This document shows positions 29,121 through 38,255 of a stretch of 64,000 nt of DNA, one piece after another. Location: positions 479,885 to 543,884 of the forward strand of contig CBDFJG010000001.1 in NCBI GenBank assembly GCA_965248445.1, written 5' to 3'. Position 1 is the first letter of the stretch. Every line of letters begins with the position of its first letter. The notes beneath the pieces were generated by a model, which was not told where the DNA came from, ran no database searches, and saw only the letters and a program-made list of their open reading frames with translations. The position numbers were made by a program, and so were the translations under genes. The stretch is from Planctomycetota bacterium. Lineage in GTDB: Bacteria; Planctomycetota; JAJSAM01; JAJVHW01.

Positions 29121-30106
29121 GCGTCGCGTGTGGCCGCGGCGGCGCGCGGATCGAACTCCTCGCCGGTTCCGAGCAGGTCGTAGTGACCGGGCGTCGCACC
29201 GACGACCGTCGCGATCGACAGCCTCTTCGGGGTCCCGAACTTCTCGGAGATCGCGTCGCACTTCGTCGTCAGGAGACACGCAACGGCCGGGCCGAGCTGC
29301 GGACGGTGCCCGTACACGAGATAGAAGTTCGCCTGCCCCTTCGTGATGATCAGGTCCGCACGGGCGATCTCCTCGCGCAGACGCGGGGTCGCTTCTTCGA
29401 GCGAGATACCGAGCGTGTCCGGGCCGGCTTCGAAGATCTCGTCGGCTGCGTCGTCGAGACCGACCTGGACGAAATCGTCGAGGGTCGCGTCCGACGTGAT
29501 CGGCCCGCCGCGGTACGGCACGGTCACGTGCGCGCCGTACGAACGGATCTCGCGCACGAGGAGTGCGTCGAACGCGATCTCCCCCACGTTGTCCGGCACG
29601 AACAACACTCGCTTCGCGCCGCGGGCAAGTTGTTCGATCTCGGCCGTGCGATTCACGTCGAACCCGCGCTCGACCACCTCGCGCAACATGCCCTCGACCT
29701 GCTCCACGCCGAACCCGTAGCCGATCCCCGCGGTGCGGAAGTCCAGGTGGTTACCGGCCACGGCCCAGCGGCAGAGCATCGCGAAGCGCTCCTCCGGCGG
29801 GAGCGCGGCGACGTCCACGGCCACGCGCTCGGCAAGCTCGCTGCCGATCCGGTTGCAGCCCTCCCGCAGCTCGCGGAACGGGAGCGGGTCCCCCGCCTCC
29901 TCCTTGAGGATGCGATGGACGCCGGTGATGTAGGCCGACGGCAGCCGCCCGGCCGGGAGGTCGCCGTCGAGCCACTCCGTCGACCGCTCCATGACCCGGC
30001 CGACCACGCCCTCGTCGTAGCCGAGCAAGACCATGGCGCCACGCAGGTCATGGAGGATGCACGGGCGGCAACGGGCGTCGAGCACGGGAACGAGAGGGCG
30101 GGACAT
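29117..30106 (-). CDS. DUF89/ARMT1-like damage-control metal-dependent phosphatase
   Basis: N-terminal CxxC, 'AGNHLDF', 'DNVGEIAFD', 'KGQAN', 'TKC'. Confidence 0.85.
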   Translation of the reverse strand: MSRPLVPVLDARCRPCILHDLRGAMVLLGYDEGVVGRVMERSTEWLDGDLPAGRLPSAYITGVHRILKEEAGDPLPFRELREGCNRIGSELAERVAVDVAALPPEERFAMLCRWAVAGNHLDFRTAGIGYGFGVEQVEGMLREVVERGFDVNRTAEIEQLARGAKRVLFVPDNVGEIAFDALLVREIRSYGAHVTVPYRGGPITSDATLDDFVQVGLDDAADEIFEAGPDTLGISLEEATPRLREEIARADLIITKGQANFYLVYGHRPQLGPAVACLLTTKCDAISEKFGTPKRLSIATVVGATPGHYDLLGTGEEFDPRAAAATRDA

Positions 30107-30208
30107 GGGGCAGGATCGTAATTCGGCAGCCCCGACGGCGGCGAATTGGCCCCAGGCGAGCCGGAGATTCCGCAAGGATCGAGGCCCCGGAGCGTCGAAT
30201 CAGGGGAA

Positions 30209-31549
30209 ATGACTCCGCAGGCCACCCGAACGCCCGCCCCGCGCCCAATCTCGGCGCTGCGCTGCTTCCGCTCCGTGCGGGCTGGTCGGCGTGACGAGAG
30301 CGGCATCGCCCTTCTCCTCGTGCTGATCGCACTCCTGCTGATCGCCGTGCTCTCGCTCGAGGTCGCACAGACGTCAGCAACGCAGGCGAAGGTCGGCAGG
30401 AACACGATGAACGAGTTCCTGATGCGGACCGCCGTGGACGGACGCACACATATCCTCCGCGGCGCGCTGCGCTACGACCGCTCCCGGGGCGCGGAGTCGG
30501 ACACGGAGGACGAGGACTGGGCCTGGTTCAACAACGAGACGCTCTCGTCGTGGGGTGTGCGTTCGTCGTCGTTCGAGAAGCAGGAGGGCGAGGAGTCGAT
30601 CACGTTCGAGAACACCGAGGTCCCGATCGTCGCGTACTGCGTGGACGAGCGCTCGAAGCTCAACCTCATGGGACTCGCCCGTCCGGCGGACACGCCGGAG
30701 CGACGCTTCACGCGCCGCACTCTCGTTCGCCTGATCGACATCTACCGTGAGGAGTGGAGCGAGGTCGACCTCAACGAATCCGACGGCGAGGAGATGGTCG
30801 ACGAGCTGATGGACTGGCTCGGCGAGCAGGCCGAGGAAGAGGAGAACCCGACTCCCGACGTCCCGACGGGACGCGGCAAGCTCCTGTCGGTGGACGACCT
30901 GCTACGCGTGCCGGGCGGCAAGTGGACGCAGCAGGTCCTCTACGACGTGCGCGACCCGAACCTCGACCCCGACGAAGAGGCGGAAGTCAGCGACGAAGCC
31001 GGGGACGACGCGCAGTTCACACGGCCAAACGGCGTGCCGGGGCTCATCAACTACCTGTCCGTGCATGCGGAACCCGGCGCCAACCCGGCTCTGCGCATCA
31101 ACGTGAACACATGCTCCCGCGTCCTTCTGCAGGCTTTGTTCGACGACGCGAACGACGACCTCGCGGAGGCCATCGTCGAGCACCGCCGCGAGGGTGCGGG
31201 CAGCGAGGACGAAGACGCGACACCGGGCGCGGGCGGTGGCTCGGAGGACGAAGTCGGCTTCTTCACGAACAAGGGTCAGATGACCCGTGTGGACGGGATG
31301 GCCGAGTCGCTGGACGTCTACCCGCGGCTCAACTTCTTCGCCGATGTCTCGAGCAACGTCTTCTCGCTGCACGTCATCTGCAAGGTGGTCACGGGCACAA
31401 TCGACCCGGACGGCTTCGAGGACGAGGACGAGGGCCCCCGGGACCTCGTTGCCTCGTATCAGTACCGCGAGGTCGTGCAGCGGACCGAGCAGGGCTTCGT
31501 GACCCTGTTCACCGAGCGCCGCCACGACCCGATCTTGACCGATCAGTAG
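30209..31549 (+). CDS. gspK: Type II secretion protein K-like minor pseudopilin
   Basis: Prepilin site 'ESG|IALLLVL', 'DERSKLNL', 'LMDW', 'RINVNTCS..LL.AL'. Confidence 0.8.
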   Translation: MTPQATRTPAPRPISALRCFRSVRAGRRDESGIALLLVLIALLLIAVLSLEVAQTSATQAKVGRNTMNEFLMRTAVDGRTHILRGALRYDRSRGAESDTEDEDWAWFNNETLSSWGVRSSSFEKQEGEESITFENTEVPIVAYCVDERSKLNLMGLARPADTPERRFTRRTLVRLIDIYREEWSEVDLNESDGEEMVDELMDWLGEQAEEEENPTPDVPTGRGKLLSVDDLLRVPGGKWTQQVLYDVRDPNLDPDEEAEVSDEAGDDAQFTRPNGVPGLINYLSVHAEPGANPALRINVNTCSRVLLQALFDDANDDLAEAIVEHRREGAGSEDEDATPGAGGGSEDEVGFFTNKGQMTRVDGMAESLDVYPRLNFFADVSSNVFSLHVICKVVTGTIDPDGFEDEDEGPRDLVASYQYREVVQRTEQGFVTLFTERRHDPILTDQ

Positions 31550-31783
31550 CGGCCTCTCGGATCCGTAGTGGTTCTGCCGGATCAGCCGGGCCAGCGAGAC
31601 CAGCCGGATCAGGCGGGGCTCGATCAGGGCCCGCAGCGCGACCCGGAAGGCGGAAGCCCGGCCCTCCCCTGCGGGTTCCCATGGTGCGGGTTTCGCCTCC
31701 GCGCGTTGCACCTGTGGCGGGCGAAGCTCCGCCGGGTATCTTGACCGCCCCGCCTCGGCGGGCATACCGTCCCGCCTCGAACC

Positions 31784-32842
31784 ATGATCGTCCTGTGCAC
31801 CAGTGACCTGACCCCCGCGGCGCGGGAGCGGATCCTGGCCGCCGTCGAGCGGCTGGGCTTCGGGTGCGCCGTGCGCACCGTCGGCCGGCGCACGGTCATC
31901 GAGGCACCCCCCGCCGCCGACGCCCTCCGCTGCGAGGTCGAGCAGCTCCCGGGCGTCGAGCGGGTCTTCGTGGGCGAGCCGCCGGTACACCTGGCCACGA
32001 GGAAGCACCACACCGAGCCGACCCGTGTGCGCGTCGGAGACGCCATCTTCGGAGGTGCAGACACCGTGGTCATCGCCGGGCCGTGCGCCGTCGAGGGGCG
32101 GGAGGTCGTCCTGACGATCGCCCAGGCGGTAGCGGATGCGGGCGCGCAGGTCTTGCGCGGCGGCGCGTTCAAGCCGCGCACCTCGCCCTACGACTTCCGG
32201 GGCCTCGGCCCCGAGGGTCTCGAGATCCTCGCCGAAGCGCGCGAGCGCACGGGACTGCCGGTCGTCACCGAGGTCCTCGACCCGCGTGACGTCCCACTCG
32301 TCGCGGACATGGCCGACATGCTGCAGATCGGCTCGCGCAACATGCACAACTTCGCGCTGCTCGACGAGGTCGGCAAGACCGACAAGCCGGTGCTGCTCAA
32401 GCGCGGTATGAGCGCCACGGTCGACGAACTGTTGACCTCCGCCGAGTACCTCATGGCCGGCGGCAACGAGCAGATCGTGCTCTGCGAACGCGGCATCCGC
32501 ACGTTCGAGCGCGGCTCGCGCAACACCCTCGACCTGACGGCCGTCCCGCTCCTCGCAGAGAAGACGCACCTGCCCGTGGCGGTCGACCCCTCGCACGCGT
32601 GCGGTCGCCGCACGCTGGTGCCGTCGCTTGCGCGCGCCGCCGCGGCCGCGGGCGCCGCGGGCATCATGATCGAGGTGCACGTCACGCCGGAACTCGCGCG
32701 CTGCGACTCCAAGCAGGCCGTGCTGCCCGAGGAACTGGCGGCGATCGTGCGGGACGTCCGCAAGATCGACGCGGCTCTGCGCCCTGCGCCGCTCGCAACG
32801 CCGGCGCCGGATCCCGAGCCGGAGGGAGAGCCTGTCACGTGA
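31784..32842 (+). CDS. aroF: DAHP synthase, class I-beta
   Basis: 'IAGPCAVE', 'RGGAFKPRTSPY', 'QIGSRNM', 'LCERGIRTFE', 'DPSHA'. Confidence 0.95.
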   Translation: MIVLCTSDLTPAARERILAAVERLGFGCAVRTVGRRTVIEAPPAADALRCEVEQLPGVERVFVGEPPVHLATRKHHTEPTRVRVGDAIFGGADTVVIAGPCAVEGREVVLTIAQAVADAGAQVLRGGAFKPRTSPYDFRGLGPEGLEILAEARERTGLPVVTEVLDPRDVPLVADMADMLQIGSRNMHNFALLDEVGKTDKPVLLKRGMSATVDELLTSAEYLMAGGNEQIVLCERGIRTFERGSRNTLDLTAVPLLAEKTHLPVAVDPSHACGRRTLVPSLARAAAAAGAAGIMIEVHVTPELARCDSKQAVLPEELAAIVRDVRKIDAALRPAPLATPAPDPEPEGEPVT

Positions 32843-33591
32843 GCCGGCCACCCCTCATCGCCGGGAACTGGAAGATGAACCTCCTCGCGGCCGAGGCGCG
32901 CTCGCTGGCGAAGGCCGTGGCACTGGCCGCCAACGACATCGAGGGGCCGGACGTCGCAGTGTTCCCGTCGTACACGCTGCTCGGCTCCGCGCACACGGCG
33001 TTGGCCAGGTCGCGGGTCTGGCTCGGCGGACAGGCGTGTCACGAGTCTTCGAGCGGCGCGCACACCGGCGAGGTGTCGGCGGCGATGCTCGTCGACGCGG
33101 GATGCACGGCGGTGCTCTGCGGGCACAGCGAGCGCCGCGCGGCCGGAGCGAGCGACCAGCAGGTCGGCGCGCGGGCGCGCACGGCGCTCGACCACCGACT
33201 GCGCGTGATCTGCTGCGTCGGAGAGACGCTCGACGAGCGCGACGCCGGCACGACCGATGACGTGCTCGCGCGGCAACTCGCCGCCATCACCGCAGCAGTC
33301 GGCGCCGCGGATCTCGCGAGCTTCGACGTCGCGTACGAACCCGTCTGGGCGATCGGAACGGGCAAGACCGCGACGCCCGAGATCGCTGCGACAGCGCACC
33401 GCTTCCTGCGCGGCCGCCTCGTGGAGGCCTTCGGAGACAAGGGTCGCGACCCGCGCATCCTGTACGGCGGCAGCGTCAAGCCGGGCAACGTCTCGGAATT
33501 GCTGGCGGCCGACGAGGTCGGCGGCGCCCTCGTCGGCGGCGCCTCGCTCGCCGCGGACTCGTTCCGCGCTCTGGTCGCCGCCGGCGCATAG
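32839..33591 (+). CDS. tpiA: Triosephosphate isomerase
   Basis: 'AGNWKMN', 'GHSERR', 'AYEPVWAIGTG', 'LYGGSV', 'LVGGASL'. Confidence 0.97.
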   Translation: MSRPPLIAGNWKMNLLAAEARSLAKAVALAANDIEGPDVAVFPSYTLLGSAHTALARSRVWLGGQACHESSSGAHTGEVSAAMLVDAGCTAVLCGHSERRAAGASDQQVGARARTALDHRLRVICCVGETLDERDAGTTDDVLARQLAAITAAVGAADLASFDVAYEPVWAIGTGKTATPEIAATAHRFLRGRLVEAFGDKGRDPRILYGGSVKPGNVSELLAADEVGGALVGGASLAADSFRALVAAGA

Positions 33592-33629
33592 CCCTTCGCC
33601 ATCCCGCCCGGCCGCCCGTCCAAGGGGTC

Positions 33630-33857
33630 ATGACGGCTCTGCTCCCTCCCCTCCTGGCGGTCATCGCGATCCTGGCCGCCCTCGCCCTCACGCTGGTGAT
33701 CCTGCTCCAGGAACCGAAGGGAGGCGGGCTCGCCACAGCCTTCGGGGGCGCCGGAGAGGCCGTGCTGGGCACCGCCGAGGCGCCCGTGAGGCGGCTGACG
33801 GCCGGGTTGGCCGCGACCTGGATCTGCGCGACGCTCGCGCACGCACTGCTCATCTGA
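33630..33857 (+). CDS. secG: SecG paralog 1 (short)
   Basis: 'VILLQEPKGGGLATAFGG' followed by a second TM helix; canonical position after tpiA. Confidence 0.8.
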   Translation: MTALLPPLLAVIAILAALALTLVILLQEPKGGGLATAFGGAGEAVLGTAEAPVRRLTAGLAATWICATLAHALLI

Positions 33858-33963
33858 GTGGAGGGCCGCGCTCGCTCATGACTGGACCCCGCGGTGGTCC
33901 TCGCCATGATGTGGGGTTCGCACCGCGGCGCACCGTCACGTCCGCCGCGGCAGGAGGCGCAGG

Positions 33964-34278
33964 ATGGAATTCATACTCGGAGTCTTGGCCGTCTCGGCCG
34001 TCGTCCTCTCACTGGTGCTCACCGTGGTCATCCTGCTTCAGGAGCCGAAGGGCGGCGGACTGGCCGCAGCGCTCGGCGGCAGCGGCATGGAGGCCATCGG
34101 CGTCAACACCGGAAGCGTCAACCGCTTCACGATGACAGTCGCCGGCATCTGGATCGTCATCTGCCTCTTCCACGCGATGCTCATGTCTCCGCCCGTCGCG
34201 GTCGACGGAGGCGACGGGGACACGCCGGCCGACACGGGCGGAGACGGCACGCCGCCCGGCGGCGACGAGAACGAGTAG
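33964..34278 (+). CDS. secG: SecG paralog 2 (with acidic tail)
   Basis: 'VILLQEPKGGGLAAALGG', 'VNRFT' before TM2; SD AGGAGG. Confidence 0.85.
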   Translation: MEFILGVLAVSAVVLSLVLTVVILLQEPKGGGLAAALGGSGMEAIGVNTGSVNRFTMTVAGIWIVICLFHAMLMSPPVAVDGGDGDTPADTGGDGTPPGGDENE

Positions 34279-35174
34279 TGCCCGCCGCGCGAGGCCTCCG
34301 CTCGATGACGGGCTTCGGCCGCGCGGAACGCACGGGATCGGCCGTCGAGGCTCATGTCGAAGTGCGTTCGGTGAACGCGCGGCACCTCAAGGTGTCGTGC
34401 CGCGTACCCACCGCGCTCGAGTCGAGCCAGCAGGCGCTCGAGGCACGGGTCAAGGAACGTTGCGAACGCGGCACCGTCACGCTCTCCGTGCGGATCGAAC
34501 GCACGACGGGGCGCGCGCCTGCCCGCATCGATCCCACCGTGCTCGCGGACTACGTCGAACAGTTGCGCGGTGCCGCGCGCATCGCGGGGCTGTCGACCGA
34601 CGTCGATCCCGCTGCACTCGTGCGCTTGCCGGGTGCACTCGTCGACGTCGCGCCCGAGGAGGACACGGGCGAGGGAGACCTCGCACTCGCGGTGCTGGCG
34701 CTCGACGCGGCGTTGGACGAGCTGGTCGAGATGCGTGAGCGAGAGGGAGCCTCTCTCGCAGTGACGCTGAGCGGAATCCTCGACACGATCGACACGCACG
34801 CGGTCACGGTGGCCGGGCGTGCGCCCGCCGCGATCCTGGAACACCGCGACCGCATGCGTGAGCGCCTAGCCGCGCTGCTCGACGGATCGACGCCCGTGCC
34901 CGAAGAGATGCTCGCGCGCGAGATCGCCGTCCTCGTCGAGAAGACCGACATCGCCGAGGAGCTCCAGCGCCTCGAGAGCCACGTCGCGCAGACCCGTGCG
35001 GCGATAACCGCCGGCGAGTCCTGCGGACGCCGTCTCGAGTTCCTCGCGCAGGAGATGGGCCGGGAGGCCAACACGATCGGCGCCAAGGCGACCGATCAGG
35101 TGATCCGCGACGCAGGGGTCGAGATGCGGCTCCTCGTGGACCGCCTGAAAGAGCAGGCGGCGAACATCGAGTGA
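34278..35174 (+). CDS. yicC: YicC/YloC family endoribonuclease
   Basis: 'SMTGFG', 'RSVNAR', 'DIAEELQRL', 'GRRLEFLAQEMGREANTIGAK', 'EQAANIE'. Confidence 0.93.
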   Translation: MPAARGLRSMTGFGRAERTGSAVEAHVEVRSVNARHLKVSCRVPTALESSQQALEARVKERCERGTVTLSVRIERTTGRAPARIDPTVLADYVEQLRGAARIAGLSTDVDPAALVRLPGALVDVAPEEDTGEGDLALAVLALDAALDELVEMREREGASLAVTLSGILDTIDTHAVTVAGRAPAAILEHRDRMRERLAALLDGSTPVPEEMLAREIAVLVEKTDIAEELQRLESHVAQTRAAITAGESCGRRLEFLAQEMGREANTIGAKATDQVIRDAGVEMRLLVDRLKEQAANIE

Positions 35175-35740
35175 GCGACGCCGGCCGGCTGCTGGTCCTG
35201 TCGGGCCCGTCGGGTGTGGGCAAAACGACGATCGCGCAGGGGCTCCTCGAGCACGGCCGCATCGACCGCGCGATCACGGCCACCACGCGCGCCCCGCGCC
35301 CGGGCGAGCGGCACGGCCGGGACTATCTGTTCCTCTCCCGGGAGCAGTTCATCGAGGGCGTCACCGCCGGCCGGTTCCTGGAGCACGCCGAGGTCCACGG
35401 GAACCTCTACGGCACGCCGCGGGAGTCCGTCGAGCGGGTCCTCGCCGAGGGCAACGTCTGTCTCCTCGTGATCGACGTCCAGGGCGCTGCGATCCTCCGC
35501 GATCGGGGCACCGCCGCGACGTTCGTGTTCCTCGCGCCCCCCTCCTGGGAGGAACTGGAGCGCCGCCTCCGGGACCGCGGCTCCGAGGACGATGAGGCCG
35601 TCGAGCAGCGCCTCGCCCAGGCTCGCGTCGAGCTCGATCGGCAGGATGAGTACGACACCGTCGTTTTGAACGATGACGTCGAGGGGGCGATCGGCGAGAT
35701 TGCCGGGCTCGCGCTCGGGACGGACGAGACGTCCCGATAG
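35171..35740 (+). CDS. gmk: Guanylate kinase
   Basis: 'SGPSGVGKTT', 'TTRAPRPGE', 'FLEHAEVHGNLYGT', 'IDVQGA'. Confidence 0.96.
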   Translation: MSDAGRLLVLSGPSGVGKTTIAQGLLEHGRIDRAITATTRAPRPGERHGRDYLFLSREQFIEGVTAGRFLEHAEVHGNLYGTPRESVERVLAEGNVCLLVIDVQGAAILRDRGTAATFVFLAPPSWEELERRLRDRGSEDDEAVEQRLAQARVELDRQDEYDTVVLNDDVEGAIGEIAGLALGTDETSR

Positions 35741-35798
35741 CAGGCGCCAGTCACCCCCGCTCACGAGCGCCGAGCCGCCTTCGGAGGAGTAAGCCCCC

Positions 35799-36008
35799 AT
35801 GGGTATCGACACCATCCGGCAGATCGACCGTCTGGACTCGAAGGTGGGCAGCCGCTTCATGCTGACCGCCCTGATCCAGCGGCGCATCCAGGAGCTGATC
35901 CGAGGCTCGCCGCGCTTCGCCGACGGTTCCACGCCTCTGCGCATCGCGTTGGCCGAGATCGAGCAGGGCAAGATCGAGTGGGCCGAGAACGAGGAGTCGG
36001 TTCTCTGA
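35799..36008 (+). CDS. rpoZ: RNA polymerase omega subunit
   Basis: 'VGSRFMLTALIQRR', 'IALAEIEQGKI'; located between gmk and coaC. Confidence 0.88.
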   Translation: MGIDTIRQIDRLDSKVGSRFMLTALIQRRIQELIRGSPRFADGSTPLRIALAEIEQGKIEWAENEESVL

Positions 36009-36034
36009 GTCGTCTCTCTGGGGACCGTCCCGAC

Positions 36035-36583
36035 GTGTCCGCGCGCGGCCGCCGCATCATCCTCGGAGTAACCGGCAGCATCGCCGCGTACAAGGGCGCC
36101 GACCTCTGCTCGAAGCTCGTGCAGGCTGGCCACGACGTCACCGTCGTGATGACCGACTCAGCCACCAAGCTCGTGGGCCCGTTGACGTTCGCGGCGCTCA
36201 GCGGCCGCCCCCCCGCCACGAACCCGTTCAAGCAGACCGAAGGACTGAACGTCGAGCACATTCAGCTTGCCGATGACGCCGAGGTGTTCGTCGTCGCGCC
36301 TGCGACGGCCAACTTCATCGCGAAAGCCGCGGTGGGAATTGCCGACGACCTGCTCACGTCGACACTTCTCGCTGTCACGTGCCCCGTGCTGATCGCTCCG
36401 GCCATGAACGTGCGCATGTGGAACCACAAGACGGTCACGCGCAACGTGGAGACGTGCCTCGAACTCGGCTACGGGTTCATCGAGCCCGGCGAGGGCTTCC
36501 AGGCCTGCGGCGACGTCGGTGCCGGGCGTCTCGCGGAACCCGACGCGATCCTCGAGCGCGTCGAGGCGTTGCTGCAGTCGTGA
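36035..36583 (+). CDS. coaC: Phosphopantothenoylcysteine decarboxylase (stand-alone flavoprotein)
   Basis: 'GVTGSIAAYK', 'EHIQLA', 'APATAN', 'APAMN', 'ACGDVGAGRL'. Confidence 0.92.
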   Translation: MSARGRRIILGVTGSIAAYKGADLCSKLVQAGHDVTVVMTDSATKLVGPLTFAALSGRPPATNPFKQTEGLNVEHIQLADDAEVFVVAPATANFIAKAAVGIADDLLTSTLLAVTCPVLIAPAMNVRMWNHKTVTRNVETCLELGYGFIEPGEGFQACGDVGAGRLAEPDAILERVEALLQS

Positions 36584-37435
36584 ACGGTCGCGGGGTGATC
36601 GTTGCGGCGATGCTGTTCCTGACGGCGTGCGCGCAGACCGCCCCGCCCGCCCCGCGTCGCCAAGCCCCGCCCGCTCCGCGTCCGCAGCCGCGCGTCGAAC
36701 GCCCGCCGGATCCCGCGCCCGCGGTTGCACCCGCGCGTCCCACAGTGGCGCCCGTGATCGCCGACGACGCGACACTGCAAGCAGTGGCCAGAGCGGTGCC
36801 CAAGCTGGACTACGTCGGCACAGTCCCCGCGCGCTGCGCGCTGCGCCGGGGCGTCACGCGACGTCTCCACCTGGCTCGATACGCGCAACGGCCTCGCCTT
36901 CGTGCTGGTCCCGGCCGGCACCTACACGGCGGGTGCGCCGGACGACGGGAAGGGCACGTTCCTCGACGCGGGCGTGCGTCGCGCATCGGTCTCTGGCCCA
37001 TTCCTGATCTGCACCACCGAGCTGAACGTCAAAGCCGCCCGCGACGTGGGCATGCAGCGGTACCGCGCGCTCCCCCCTGCCCAGCCAGCCGGGCTGATCC
37101 GCCATCACGAGGCGATGACGGTCTGCGGCCTCCTCGGGTACGACCTTCCCACCGAGGACGAGTGGGAGTGGGCCGCCCGCGGGGCGGTGCCCGACGGCAC
37201 GAGCTGCGCGCCGGCCGCGAACGCCCTGAGCCTCGAACAGGTGGCGGGCGGCCTGTGGGAGTGGTGCAAGGACCGCACGACCGTCGGCGGCGTGACGGGC
37301 TTCCCGATCCGCGGCGGCGCGGACGACTCGCACGGCTGGCAGCGCCACGTCGCCCGCCGCGAGGTGCTGCACGACAGCACCGAGACCGCCGAGAACATCG
37401 GCTTCCGCCCGGTCATCCGGTTCAGCGCGCGCTGA
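36580..37435 (+). pseudogene. FGE/SUMF1-domain lipoprotein interrupted by a 7-bp duplication
   Basis: Lipoprotein N-terminus (LTAC) in one frame, 'FVLVPAG...LPTEDEWEWAARG...GLWEWC...IRGG...IGFR' in another; GCGCTGC duplicated at 36831-36844. Confidence 0.75.
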
Positions 37436-38045
37436 GACCCTCGATCAGCGTCATCAGCCGGTCAGCCAATGCGTCCTTCGAACCTGACGCGTCGGTCAGT
37501 TCGTCGTCGGCACCGAGTATCCGGAACGCGCCGTCCACGCTGCCGATCTCGTCCGGGCCGTCGATCACGATCACGTCGAGGTGCTTCTCCCGCAGCTTGC
37601 GACGGGCGTGCTCGAGGGCGTCGTCGACCTGCAGCGCGAACCCGATGCAGACGCGGTCGCCCTTGGTCGAGGCGAGCGACGCGAGGATGTCAGGATTGCG
37701 TGTCAGTTCGAGCGTGACGGCACGCTCACCCTTCGTGCGTTTGCCGTCGATGCGCTCCGCCGGCCGGTAGTCGCACACGGCCGCCGTCGCCACGAGCGCG
37801 TGGCAGTCGTCCCACATCGCGCGGGCCGCGGCGTGCATCTCGCGGGCCGACGTCACGTTGACGACCGCGAAGATCCCCGCGGGCGGTGTGAGGAGCGTCG
37901 GGCCGAGAACGAGCACAGCCTCGTGCCCGCGGCTTTGCGCGGCGAGCGCCATCGAGAACCCCATGCGGCCGGATGCGGCGTTGCCGAGAAAGCGCACGTC
38001 GTCCCAATGCTCGTGGGTCGGGCCGCCGGTGATCAGGACGCGCAT
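37422..38045 (-). CDS. coaB: Phosphopantothenate--cysteine ligase (stand-alone)
   Basis: 'ITGGPTHEHWDDVRFLGNAASGRMG', 'AAVCDYRP', 'NPDIL', 'IGFAL'. Confidence 0.92.
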   Translation of the reverse strand: MRVLITGGPTHEHWDDVRFLGNAASGRMGFSMALAAQSRGHEAVLVLGPTLLTPPAGIFAVVNVTSAREMHAAARAMWDDCHALVATAAVCDYRPAERIDGKRTKGERAVTLELTRNPDILASLASTKGDRVCIGFALQVDDALEHARRKLREKHLDVIVIDGPDEIGSVDGAFRILGADDELTDASGSKDALADRLMTLIEGLSAR

Positions 38046-38255
38046 GGCTGAAGGCTAGCGGAGGGCCGACTGCCCGCGCAGCGTCGCCCTCCGTTCGCCC
38101 ACTCCGCTGCGGCCAGAGGCCTCCGCTGCGCGTTCGTGCCTTCCCGAGCGTCCGCAGGACGCTCGGGATCCGCCTGCGGCGGACCGGCTCTCACCCACGA
38201 CATGTTGCGCTCTAAAGTCCGTGGACTACAATCCCTGGCGAAAGGTCGCAATCCA

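Noticed and set aside
36035-38045. Split coaC/coaB as a novelty
   Set aside because: Separate CoaB and CoaC proteins are known in several bacterial lineages; only the convergent layout is mildly unusual
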